The position numbers were made by a program, and so were the translations under genes. 64,000 nucleotides of DNA, from contig NC_086108.1 in the NCBI RefSeq assembly GCF_963921235.1, positions 75,642,001-75,706,000 on the forward strand, written 5' to 3'. Below are positions 51,551 to 62,415 of the stretch, in pieces. Below the pieces are notes generated by a model. The model saw only the letters and a program-made list of their open reading frames with translations. It searched no databases and was not told where the DNA came from. Source of the stretch: Mobula hypostoma. Lineage: Eukaryota. Within the stretch, counting starts at the first letter, position 1; every line of letters starts with the position of its first letter.

Positions 51551-52353
51551 GGAAAAGTGTAAACGGGAAAGAAAGGACAACTGCTAACAGAAAGTTGAAG
51601 GTGAGGAGAAGGGCAGGTGGAGTAAAGTGGGAAGGAGGGGAGGAGATGAGAGTGAAGGGAGAAATAGGGAAAAACTGGAAAATAGGAAGCAGACAGCAGT
51701 GAAGCAAGAGGAGAAGGCATTTAGTCTACGTTTTATGTTAACACACTTGTGCATTTGAGCTACACGCAATGCTAAAAGCGGTTACCTACGTTTGTATTTT
51801 CTGTAATTGTTTAAAGGATAGAATTGTACAGCTAACATAAACTTACTTAATAAACGGGTTTGCTGCAATTGCGGAAGATTATTTTAATTTCAAGTTATTT
51901 TTGAGTTTATATTTAAGGAAAAGTACTTTGATATGAACTGTTTCACCTACAGAGAATAAATGAGGCCTCCTAAAACACTAATCACTGCGTGGTATTGACA
52001 TAAATTTTGAGGTTATTTAGAATAAAAAGGATCATTCACTAAATTTGAATCCTGAGAAAATATACTATGTATGTATTATACTTTGGGGGCCTGAATTGGT
52101 AAAGGGAACAAAGTTGAAGCAGTTTACAGTGACAGTAGTTGCTCTTTGTGTGGAATTAAACAATATAGAATTAAAGTTAGATTTTCTTAAATAAAAATGC
52201 TGTAGTTCTAAAATGGACAAATTGCTTTGTAACAGATTCTAATAGCATAAAAATTAACACTTAACTGTTTATCTTATTTAACAATTTCTAGGTTTCGATC
52301 CATGAGGAAAAGTGCATTTAAGTATAACATTTTTGTCTGAGCATCTGCTAAAG

Positions 52354-52464
52354 ATGTCCTTAATGCAAATTCCTGTCGTTGATGTTCACATTGATAATTT
52401 TAAAGAGATATGGCCATCTATGCTGCTTGCAGTCAGGACAGCGAGTTTCATAGCCCTTGATACT
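52354..52464 (+). CDS. TOE1: TOE1 first coding exon ([12 protein letters not shown]...FIALDT)
   Basis: Acceptor tttctag at 52290-52291, ATG at 52354, donor gtgagt. Confidence 0.92.
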
Positions 52465-55400
52465 GTGAGTGCTGCATTTATTGTTTTAAAGAGTTTTGCA
52501 ATAATATTTAAAATAAAAGTATTTATATTTGTATGTTCTCCACCCAGGAACTTAGTGGACTTGGGGCACGAAAAGCTTTACTGGCACAGTGAGTAGAAAA
52601 TTGAGTTATAATTAATAACTCTGAGCTGTGGTGTTGTGCTGGAGATGTGCTTGAGTGTTATGAAAAAGGTTGGTGGCTGCTGAGAAGAGGATTAAGCCAT
52701 TCCCAATTATTTGCTGTACATCAGGTTACCTGAAAATGGAGCATAACTGATCCAGGGAATTTTATTGGGTGTTGCATCCCTTATTTTCACCAAAATTGTT
52801 CCTTAGTGGTTGTTAATCATCTTAAAAATCCCTCATATTAAAATAAATTATCATAATCAATCAATGTCAAGCCAAATCATTGATTACTACTTCAACCCCT
52901 CACCAAGCTGGATATAATCAAATCTTGCACTCCGTAGCATAAAGGGAGAGGGAAATTCCCCATAACTTGGTTTTTCTCTTGTAGAGGGTGAAGTGTCTAT
53001 TTCTAATGATAGATCGAATGATTTGTGTTCACAGATCAGTTGAAGATCGATATAAAGCAATATGTCAGGCTGCCAGAACTCGTTCCATTCTGTCTCTTGG
53101 GGTTGCAAGTTTCAAAGAGCTTTCAAACAAAGTAAGGGTCTTCTATTTTATGACTTTTGGTTCTTCAGAGAAGCCCTGAAATAAGTTGTTTTACCGGAGG
53201 ATTGGCGTATTGCTCATGTTGTTCCATTGTTTAAAAAGGGTTCTAAGAGTAAACCTAGCGATTGTCGGCCTGTGAGTTTGACATCAGTGGTGGGTAAATT
53301 GATGGAAAGTATTCTTAGAGATGGTATATATAATTATCTGGATAGACAGGGTCTGATTAGGAACAGTCAACATGGATTTGTGCGTGGAAAGTCATGTTTG
53401 ACAAATCTTATTCAATTTTTTGATGAGGTTACTAGGAAAGTTGACGAGGGTAAAGCGTTGGATGTTGTCTATATGGACTTCAGTAAGGCCTTTGACAAGG
53501 TTCTACACGGAAGGTTAGTTAGGAAGGTTCAATCGTTAGGCATTAATATCGAAGCAGTAAAATGGCTGGATGGGAGGTGCCAGAGAGTAGTGGTGGATAA
53601 CTGTGTGTCAAATTGGAGGACAGTGTGTAGCAGTGTGCCTCAGGGATCTGTACTGGGTCCAATGTTGTTTGTCATATATATTAATGATCTGGATGATGGG
53701 GTGGTAAATTGGATGAGTAAGTATGCAGATGATACTAAGATAGGTGGCGTTGTGGATAATGAAGTAGGTTTTCAAAGCTTGCAGAGAGATTTAGGCCATT
53801 TAGAAGAGTGGGCTGAAAGATGGCAGATGGAGTTTAATGCTGAAAAATGTGAGGTGCTACATTTTGGTAGGACTAATCAAAATAGGACATACATGGTAAA
53901 TGGTAGGGCATTGAAGAACGCTGTAGAACAGAGGGATCTAGGAATAATGGTGCATAGTTCCCTAAAGGTGGAATCTCATGTGGATAGGGTGGTAAAGAAA
54001 GCTTTTGGTATGCTGGCCTTTATAAGTCAGAGCATTGAGTATAGGAGTTGGGATGTAATGTTGAAATTGTATAAGGCATTGGAAAGCCCAAATTTGGAGT
54101 ATTGTGTACAGTTCTGGTCACCAAATTACAGGAAAGATGTCAATAAAATTGAGAGAGTACAGAGGAGGTTTACTAAAATGTTGCCTGGGTTTCATCTCCT
54201 AAGTTACAGAGAAAGGTTGAACAAGTTAGGTCTTTATTCTTTGGAGCGTAGTAAGGTTGAGAGGGGACTTGATAGAGGTGTTTAAAATTATGAAGGGGAT
54301 TGATAGAGTTGACGTGGATAGGCTTTTTCCATTGAGAGTGGGGGAGATTCAAACAAGAGGACATGAGTTGAGAGTTAAAGGGCAAAAGTTTAGGGTAACA
54401 TGAGGGGGAACTTTTTTACTCAGAGAGTGGTAGCTGTGTGGAACGAGCTTCCAGCAGAAGAGGCAGGTTCGATGTTGTCGTTTAAAGTTAAATTGGATAG
54501 ATATATGGACAGGAAGGGAATGGAGGGCTATGGACCGAGTGCAGGTTGGTGGGACTAGGTGAGAGTAGGAGTAGAAGGGCCGAGATGGCCTGTTTCCATG
54601 CTGTAATTGTTATATGGTTATATGGTTACTTTTCACCACATCGTGAGATGAGGTCACCTGAAATGTCACTTGTTTGTGTTTGGTCACTGTTGTAACATAT
54701 CTAGATCTTGGCTTTATTGTGTTTTCAAAGCACATTCATTATCTCCTATCCCTTAAAAGACCTGGCATTGATTGGGAGTTTGCCATGACCCCAATGTCTG
54801 CAAAAATAATACAAATTAAAAACCTTAAAAATAGCGATCTGTCTCCATTTTTATAATGTGAGAATTGGTCAATTTGTGGGACATTTATTGGACAGGAAGA
54901 GAAAGCAATGGAAAGGAAGATGGAAAATGCAGGGAGGTCTCCCAGATGTCCATATGAACTTAGGTTATTGTAGAATTGTGCTTCATTTCACCTTGGCCCT
55001 GAATGATGTGAGGGTATCTTTAACAAGTGTTTGTGGGTAACAGTTCTGAGTTAGGTCTGTTTTCTCAATTAGGAAATGGAGAGCAAGGAAGAGAGGATGG
55101 ATGACAAGAGCAACCAAAGCTCAAACTCACCTATTTTTATTTTAAACTTTACCACTCTGGTTTCCATTTTGCTCTCATTAATTGATATGTAAAAGTACCT
55201 CTCCATTCTGGCCAGATTGTGGTGATCCTCACATTTTCCTTTGCAATGTTGTTTTGTTCTTTGGAAATGGCTAAAGGTTTGGAGTTGTGTATTGTCCATA
55301 TGCACAAGACAGCTACAGAATATGGGTCAAGATAGAAGGGTTTGTGAATGGTTGAGGGGAGAATTTGTGAACGAGCCAGTACTGGTGATGGGAGGGAGGG

Positions 55401-58189
55401 GATGGTGGTGGTGCCAGTAGTGGCATGAGACTATGTTCTTGGGGCAACCTTGGTCAAGTGATCAGATGTTTTCTACTGAAGTGACTTGACAGTGGATCAT
55501 ATCAAGTGAAGGATTTATGTTGCACAAAGTAAATTTGTGTTGGAAAGAGGAATTGAAAGAGGGTATTGATCCATGGCTGCTGATTAAGATATTGAGGTTC
55601 ACAATGGTTAGGCTGATCCATCATGGCCAGAGCTGTAAGCAGCTACCATTAACACTCTATGGAGGTAGCTGGTGCTGTTTTACCAGCTGTTATTGGGATT
55701 TGAAAATCACACACTATAGTGTTCTCTTTTGTCCATGGCCTTCTGTCCTCTCCTATTAGATTTCCCCCTTTCCAGCCCTTTATTTCTTTCACCAATTGAC
55801 TTCCCAGCTCTTTACTTCACCCCTCCCCTTCTCCCAGTTACGGGTAACACCTACTACCTTGTACTTATTCCTCTGACTTCTAATTTCTTTTCCCCATCCT
55901 GATGAAGGGTTTCAACCCAAAACATTGACTGTCTGTTCATTTCTGTTGATGCTGTGTGGCCTGCTGAGTTTCTCCAGCGTTTTGTGTATATTATTTTGAT
56001 TTTCAGCACCTGCAGATTTTCTCTTGTTTGTGTCCAAATATAGTGTTGCCAGCACTTGTCAGATATTTCCAAAGTGTCAGGATTTTCATGATTCAGTTTC
56101 CCATTATTTTCTGTAACAGAACTTTACAATGTATTTTAAAATGGAATATTTGCACCAGGGTGATGTTGTAATGTGGTTATGGATATTTATAATCCATATT
56201 GTATGTTAACTAATCGGCTAATTCCCACTATAATTATTTCAGCCAGGTAGTGCATATTTGAGCCAGGTATACAATCTCACGCTGCTATGCATGGATGAAT
56301 ATATAATTGAGCCACAATCTGTTCAGTTCCTGGTCCAGCATGGCTTTGACTTCAATAAACAGTATGCTAAAGGGATTCCATACCAGAGGGGGAATGACAA
56401 GGTAACAGCAGACTTCATTCAACTCTTATTTTTCATCTGTGCAACATTTAATGTTTCAGAATTTGTTTCTCCCACCTTTCTCCTTCCATGCTGTTTCAAT
56501 TGCATTGCAAGTGTAGACTTCACCGATTTCTGTGAAATCTACTTATTGCTGCATTTGATGCTGGTTAGATGGAAGTCTTAAGCAGTCCCTTGGGATCAAG
56601 GATGACATGCTTCGAAGTCTGGTTTTGTAGTTTCTGAGAGGCCAATGAGGTTATTGTAGGAACAAAAGAACTTTTTCATAAATGGAGCAGGTTGATGGGA
56701 GCAAGTAAGTCTGTAATTTGTGACCTGGACTCTGTGTACTCCCAGTGCATGACCTCTGTATTCTCAGTGTCATTCCTAATGCCCCTTCTCCACTTTGAGT
56801 AGTCATGGGCCAGAAATACTCATGAGTAGGTGACAATGTTACATTTCTTCTGCGAGGTTTTGATCGTATCCTTGGATATTTTCCTCTGTCCACCTGATAA
56901 GCTTTTTTATGAACTCAGAACAGTGTGTCTGATTCAAACATTGTGTAGGGCATGCAACGGAGAACGTCGGCTGAACAGAACGTAAGCAGGGCCTCAATAC
57001 TGGGATGTTGCCCTGGCCAAGGGCACTGATTTTGGTTCTGTTATCCTTGTGATGAATTTGGAGGATATTTGCAGAGAGAGCATTGCTGATATGTTTCCAA
57101 TGCCTTAAGCATGCATCTTGCAAGTGATCCCAATCTTAGCAATATAGGAGGGTAGATATCACTGCCTAATAGACCATGAATATTGTGACAAGTCTGTGGT
57201 ATTGATTCTTCAAATGCCCTTCCCCACGACCGAAGAGTATGCTGGGTCACAAGGTGGTAGTGAATTTCACTGACTGCTTTCATCTGATATATGAGGAGAA
57301 GTGGTCTTTGCTTCCCAGGGTTTAACTTTAAATCTTTATTATAGAAGGACAATGTGATATGGCGGAGGCAGATTGACATAGGACTTATGTTTTTTATGCT
57401 TTCACTGAAACATACAATGGTTGGAGCTTGACACAAATACAAATATCATCTACATACTACAGCTTGACCAAAGCTTGGGTAATTATAGGTCTCGAGTGCA
57501 GTTCTGAGGATTAGCTCCATTCTGTAGTACAGTGCAGCTCTATATAATCCCATTGTCATTTACCAGACTTCCTTAGAATGTATCCCACTTCAGATACTGT
57601 TGTCAGTTGTGATCAATCACTAAGCTAAACCATGCTTACGTTCAAAGTTCTGCATTCTTTGGGCTGTGGCATATTGTTGGAATGAAGGATCTCAAAGAAC
57701 GTGTCTGAGACCCATTGACTATTCGTAGTTTTTGAAGGTTTGTGAAGTTATAAACAGACTTGTAACATAACGCTTAGGTCCAGGGTGCTGTCCAAATAAT
57801 ATCTATAAAGGGTCCATTTAACGATAAAAGTAAAGGATCCCTTCATTCCAATAAGTGTGCAGACTTGAAAGTAAATAACTTAACTCAATTGCTTAAACAA
57901 TTGGTTACCTTTTTACATTTCATTTACAGCTTAATGAATGTCGTGGTCAGAACATCAGAGCTCTCTTTCTAGAAATCATTCAGGCAAAGAAGCCTTTAAT
58001 TCTTCATAATGGACTAATTGATTTGGCATTCCTGTACCAGTGTTTTTATGCTCACCTACCAGACCAACTTATGACCTTCACAGCTGACCTATCTGAGATG
58101 TTTCCAGCTGGGATTTATGATACCAAGTATGTCTCAGAATTTGAGACTCGCTTTATGTCGTCCTACTTGGAATATGCCTACAAAAAGTG
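52354..58189 (+). CDS. TOE1: TOE1 (target of EGR1, DEDD/CAF1-family snRNA 3' exonuclease), 5' part; continues beyond the window
   Basis: Exons 52354-52464, 52548-52588, 53035-53131, 56243-56401, 57930-58189 splice in frame. Motifs: VVDVHxxNFKExWP, ALDT|ELSGLG (DEDD Asp/Glu), [39 protein letters not shown]. Confidence 0.96.
52548..52588 (+). CDS. TOE1: TOE1 41-nt exon ([13 protein letters not shown])
   Basis: cccag / gtgagt boundaries. Confidence 0.95.
53035..53131 (+). CDS. TOE1: TOE1 exon ([32 protein letters not shown])
   Basis: tcacag / gtaagg boundaries. Confidence 0.96.
53192..54628 (+). mobile_element. CR1 LINE, 5'-truncated RT
   Basis: 352-aa RT ORF at 53227-54285; (TTATATGG)n tail. 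Confidence 0.95.
55700..56030 (+). mobile_element. Degenerate PLE terminus with eroded hammerhead
   Basis: CTGATGA-AGGG...CCC at 55899 with the GAAA box mutated; followed by GATGCTG...CCTGCTGAGT...TGCAGA as in the other PLE ends. Confidence 0.6.
56243..56401 (+). CDS. TOE1: TOE1 exon ([16 protein letters not shown]...GNDK)
   Basis: tttcag / gtaaca boundaries; 159 nt in frame. Confidence 0.95.
56580..57700 (-). mobile_element. RTE-clade LINE remnant
   Basis: Frame-broken [10 protein letters not shown]...[11 protein letters not shown], resembling the RTE ORF C-terminal region. Confidence 0.5.
57930..58189 (+). CDS. TOE1: TOE1 exon ([15 protein letters not shown]...HNGLIDL...YDTKY...AYKK)
   Basis: tttacag / gtaagt boundaries; 260 nt. 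Confidence 0.96.
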
Positions 58190-58807
58190 GTAAGTAGTAT
58201 GAGATGTTCTTAAAACATAGAACATAGAATAGTACAGGCCCTTTGGCCCACAATGTTGTGCCAACCTTCAAACCCTGCCTCCCATATAACCCCCCCAACT
58301 TAAATTCCTCCATGTACCTGTCTAGTAGTCTCTTAAATTTCACTAATGTATCTGCCTCCACCACTGACTCAGGCAGTGCATTCCACTCACCAACCACTCT
58401 CTGAGTAAAAAACCTTCCTCTTATATCCCTCTTGAACTTCCCACCCCTTACCTTAAAGCCATGTACTGAGCAGTGGTGCCCTGGGGAAGAGGCGCTGGCT
58501 GTCCACTCTGTCTATTCCTCTTAATATCTTGTATACCTCTATCATGTCTCTTCTCATCCTCCTTCTCTCCAAAGAGTAAAGCCCTAGCTCCCTTAATCTC
58601 TGATCATAATCCATACTCTCTAAATCAGGCAGCATTCTGGTAAATTTCTTCTGTACCCTTTCCAATGCTTCCATATCCTTCCTATAGTGAGGCAACCAGA
58701 ATTGGACACAGTACTCCAAGCGTGGCCTAACCAGAGTTTTATAGAGCTGACACATAAAAGTTGCTGGTGAACGCAGCAGGCCAGGCAGCATCTCTAGGAA
58801 GAGGTGC

Positions 58808-58843
58808 AGTCAACGTTTCAGGCCGAGACCCTTCGTCAGGACT
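58808..58843 (-). ncRNA. Minimal hammerhead motif, intact core
   Basis: AGTC-CTGACGA-AGG(GTCTCGG)CCT-GAA-ACGT-T-GACT, identical to 3610-3645. Confidence 0.8.
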
Positions 58844-60615
58844 AACTGAGGGAAGAGTGAGTAAGGGATTTGAAAGTTGGAGGGGGAGGGGGAGATCCAA
58901 AATGATAGGAGAAGACAGGAGGGGGAGGGATGGAGCCAACAGCTGGACAGGTGATAGGCAAAAGGGATACCAGAGGATCATGGGACAGGAGGTCCGGGAA
59001 GAAAGACAAGGAGGTGGGGGTGACCCAGAGGATGGGCAAGGGGTATATTCAGAGGGACAGAGGGAGAAAAAGGAGAGTGAGAGAAAGAATGTGTGTATAA
59101 AAATAACTAACAGATGGGGAACGAGGGTGGGGTGGGGCATTAGTGGAAGTTAGAGAAGTCAATGTTCGTGCCATCAGGTTGGAGGCTATCCAGACGGAAT
59201 ATAAGGTGTTGTTCCTCCAACCTGAGTGTGGCTTCATCTTTACAGTAGAGGAGGCCGTGGATAGACACGTCAGAATGGGAATGGGATGTGGAATTAAAAT
59301 GTGTGGCCACTGGAAGATCCTGCTTTCTCTGGCGGACAGAGCGTAGGTGTTCAGCAAAGTGGTCTCCCAGTCTGCGTCGGGTCTTGCCAATATATGAAAG
59401 GCCACATCAGGAGCACCTGACGCAGTATATCACCCTACTTTCACAGCTATCTGGACTATTCCTCTTCTCACCCTGTCTCTTGCAAAAACGCCATCCCCTT
59501 CTCGCAATTCCTCCGTCTCTGCCGCATCTGCTCTCAGGATGAGGCTTTTCATTCTAGGACAAGGGAGATGTCTTCCTTTTTTAAAGAAAGGGGCTTCCCT
59601 TCCTCCACTATCAACTCTGCTCTTAAATGCATCTCCCCCATTTCACGTACATCTGCTCTCACTCCATCCTCCCACCACCCCACTAGGAATAGGGTTCCCC
59701 TGGTCCTCACCTACCACCCCACCAGCCTCCGGGTCCAACATATTATTATATTATTCTCCGTAACTTCCGCCACCTCCAACGGGATCCCACCACTAAGCAC
59801 ATCTTTCCCTCCCCCCCCCCCGCATTCCGCAGGGATCGCTCCCTATGCAACTCCCTTGTCCATTCGTCCCACCCATCCCTCCACACTGATCGCCCTCCTG
59901 GCACTTATCCGTGTAAGCGGAACAAGTGCTGCACATGCCCTTACACTTCCTCCCTTACCACCATTCAGGGCCCCAAACAGTCCTTCCAGGTGAGGCAACA
60001 CTTCACCTGTGAGTCGGCTGGGGTGATGTACTGCGTCCAGTGCTCCCGATGTGGCCTTTTATATATTGGCGAGACCCGACGCAGACTGGGAGACCGCTTT
60101 GCTGAACTCCTACGCTGTGTCCACCAGAGAAAACAGGATCTCCCAGTGGCCACACATTTTAATTCCACATCCCATTCCCATTCTGACATGTCTATCCACG
60201 GCCTCCTCTACTGTAAAGATGAAGCCACACTCAGGTTGGAGGAACAACACCTTATATTCCGTCTGGGTAGCCTCCAACCTGATGGCATGAACATAGACTT
60301 CTCTAACTTCCGCTAATGCCCCACCTCCCCTTCGTTCCCCATCTGTTACTTATTTTTATACACACATTCTTTCTCTCACTCTCCTTTTTCTCCCTCTGTC
60401 CCTCTGAATATACCCCTTGCCCATCCTCTGGGTCACCCCCCCCCCCCGCTTGCCTTTCTTCCCGGGCCTCCTGTCCCATGATCTTCTGGTATCCCTTTTG
60501 CCAATCACCTGTCTAGCTCTTGGCTCCATCCCTCCCCCTCCTGTCTTCTCCTATCATTTTGGATCTCCCCCTCCCCCTCCAACTTTAAAATCCCTTACTC
60601 ACTCTTCCTTCAGTT

Positions 60616-60651
60616 AGTCCTGACGAGGGGTCTCGGCCTGAAATGTCGACT
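60616..60651 (+). ncRNA. Minimal hammerhead motif
   Basis: AGTC-CTGACGA-GGG(GTCTCGG)CCT-GAA-ATGT-C-GACT; GUC triplet, palindrome changed from ACGT to ATGT. Confidence 0.75.
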
Positions 60652-60944
60652 GCACCTCTTCCTAAAGATGCTGCCTGGCCTGCTGCATTCACCAGCAACT
60701 TTTATGTGTGTGGCTTGAATTTCCAGCATCTGCAGAATTCCTGTTGTTTGCGTTTTATAGAGCTGCATCATTACTTCGCGACTCAAACTCTATCCCTCAA
60801 CTTATGAAAGCTAACACCCCATGAGCTTTCTTAACTATCCTATCTACCTGTGAGGCACCTTTCAGGGATCTGTGGACATGTACCCCCAGATCCCTCTGCT
60901 CCTCCACACTACCAAGTATCCTGCCATTTACTTTGTACTCAATG

Positions 60945-61218
60945 TGGGCACGTGGCCAAGTGGTTAAGGCATTGGACTAGTGACCTGAAGGTCGTGAGTT
61001 CGAGCCCCAGCCAAGGCAGCGTGTTATGTCCTTGAGCAAGGCACTTAATCACACAGTGCTCTGTGACAACACTGGTGTCAAGCTGTATGGGTCCTCATCC
61101 CTTGGACAACATCGGTGTCGTGCAGAGGGGAGACTTGCAGCATGGGCAACTGCCGGTCTTCCATACAACCCTGACCAGGCCTGTGCCCTAGGTACTCGCA
61201 AGACTAACGGATGCCTTA
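60945..61218 (+). mobile_element. tRNA-derived SINE (same head as 47384, different tail)
   Basis: GGGCACGTGGCCAAGTGGTTAAGGC head, B box, TGTCCTTGAGCAAGGCACTTAA; imperfect flanking repeat ACTTTGTACT / ACTTTATACT. Confidence 0.8.
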
Positions 61219-61839
61219 ACTTTATACTTGGAGTTTGTCCTTCCAAAGTGTACCACCTCACACTTCTCTGGGTTGAACACCATCTGCCGCTTCTCAGCCC
61301 ACTTCTGCATCCTATCAATGTCTCTGCAATCCGCAACAATCCTCTACACTGTCTGCAATACCACCAACCTTTGTGTCATCTGCAAACTTGCCAACCCACC
61401 CTTCTACCCCTAGGTCGTTAATAAAAATCACGAAAAGCAGAGGTCCCAGAACCGATCCTTGTGGGACACCACTAGTCACAACCGTCCAATCTGAATGTAC
61501 TCCCTCCACCACTTCTGCAGGCAAGCCAATTCTGAATCCACCTGGCCAAACCTCCCTGGATCCCATGCCTTCTGACTTTCTGAGTAGGCCTACCGTGTGG
61601 AACCTTGTCAAATGCCTTACTAAAACCCATGTAGATCACATCCACTGCACTACCCTCATCTATATGCCTGGTCACCTCCTCAAAGAAATCTATCAGGCTT
61701 GTTAGACACGATCTGCCTTTCACAAAGCCATGCTGACTGTCTCTGATAGACCATGATTCTCTAAATGCCCATAGATCCTATCTCTAAGAATCTTTTCCAA
61801 CAGCTTTCCCACCACAGACTCACTGGTCTATAATTACCC

Positions 61840-62415
61840 GTTGCTTAACGAAGCCTGCCGAATAATCACGGGCACACTGCGCCCCACACCCATTAACATC
61901 ATTTACAGACATGCAGGCATTGCTCCCCCAGAGATCTGAAGACACACTACAACAAAAATTGAAAAAGGTAAACAGAACTCGGATCCATGGCACCCACTAC
62001 ATCATCATGTGCCAGTTTCCAACTGCCTAAAATCAAGGAAAAGTTTTGCTACAGCGGAGGAACTACCGCACGGAACATACAGGATTTACCTCTGGCAACA
62101 AACAGAAGCCAGAACCCCACCAAACAATACAGTGCAAGACCCCACAGAAATGTTACCAGACGGGGCACTGCTTGACAGACGGAACTGGTGCACTCTCAAC
62201 AGAGCGAGAGCGGGAGTTTGTAGGACGGGAGACAATATGGTGAAGTGGGGTTTAAAGACCAGCTAATCCTGTGAGTGTGGCGAAAGGGTGCAGAACATTG
62301 AACACGTTCTGTGCAACTGCCCACTCTCACCTGATTTAGCTGACACTGACCTGCTCAACATCAACCAAACAACACTAGAGTGGCTGGCTGTCTGGTGTGA
62401 CAAGTTATGATGATA
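61840..62415 (+). mobile_element. Ingi/Vingi-like non-LTR element, 3' fragment
   Basis: LNEACRIITGTLRPTP...AGIAPPEI, WCTLNRARAGV, CECG...EHVLCNCP; (ATG)n tail; 8-bp TSD AATTACCC at 61832-61839 and 62416-62423. Confidence 0.7.

Larger units (their letters stand above)
58750..60751 (+). mobile_element. Penelope-like element with inverted terminal segment
   Basis: GIY-YIG ORF at 59990-60316 ([28 protein letters not shown]); inverted copy at 58750-59435; 14-bp TSD GTTTTATAGAGCTG at 58736-58749 and 60752-60765. Confidence 0.95.

Noticed and set aside
51272..51769. Several minus-strand ORFs of 61-145 aa
   Set aside because: Low-complexity translation of a purine-rich promoter/intron tract.
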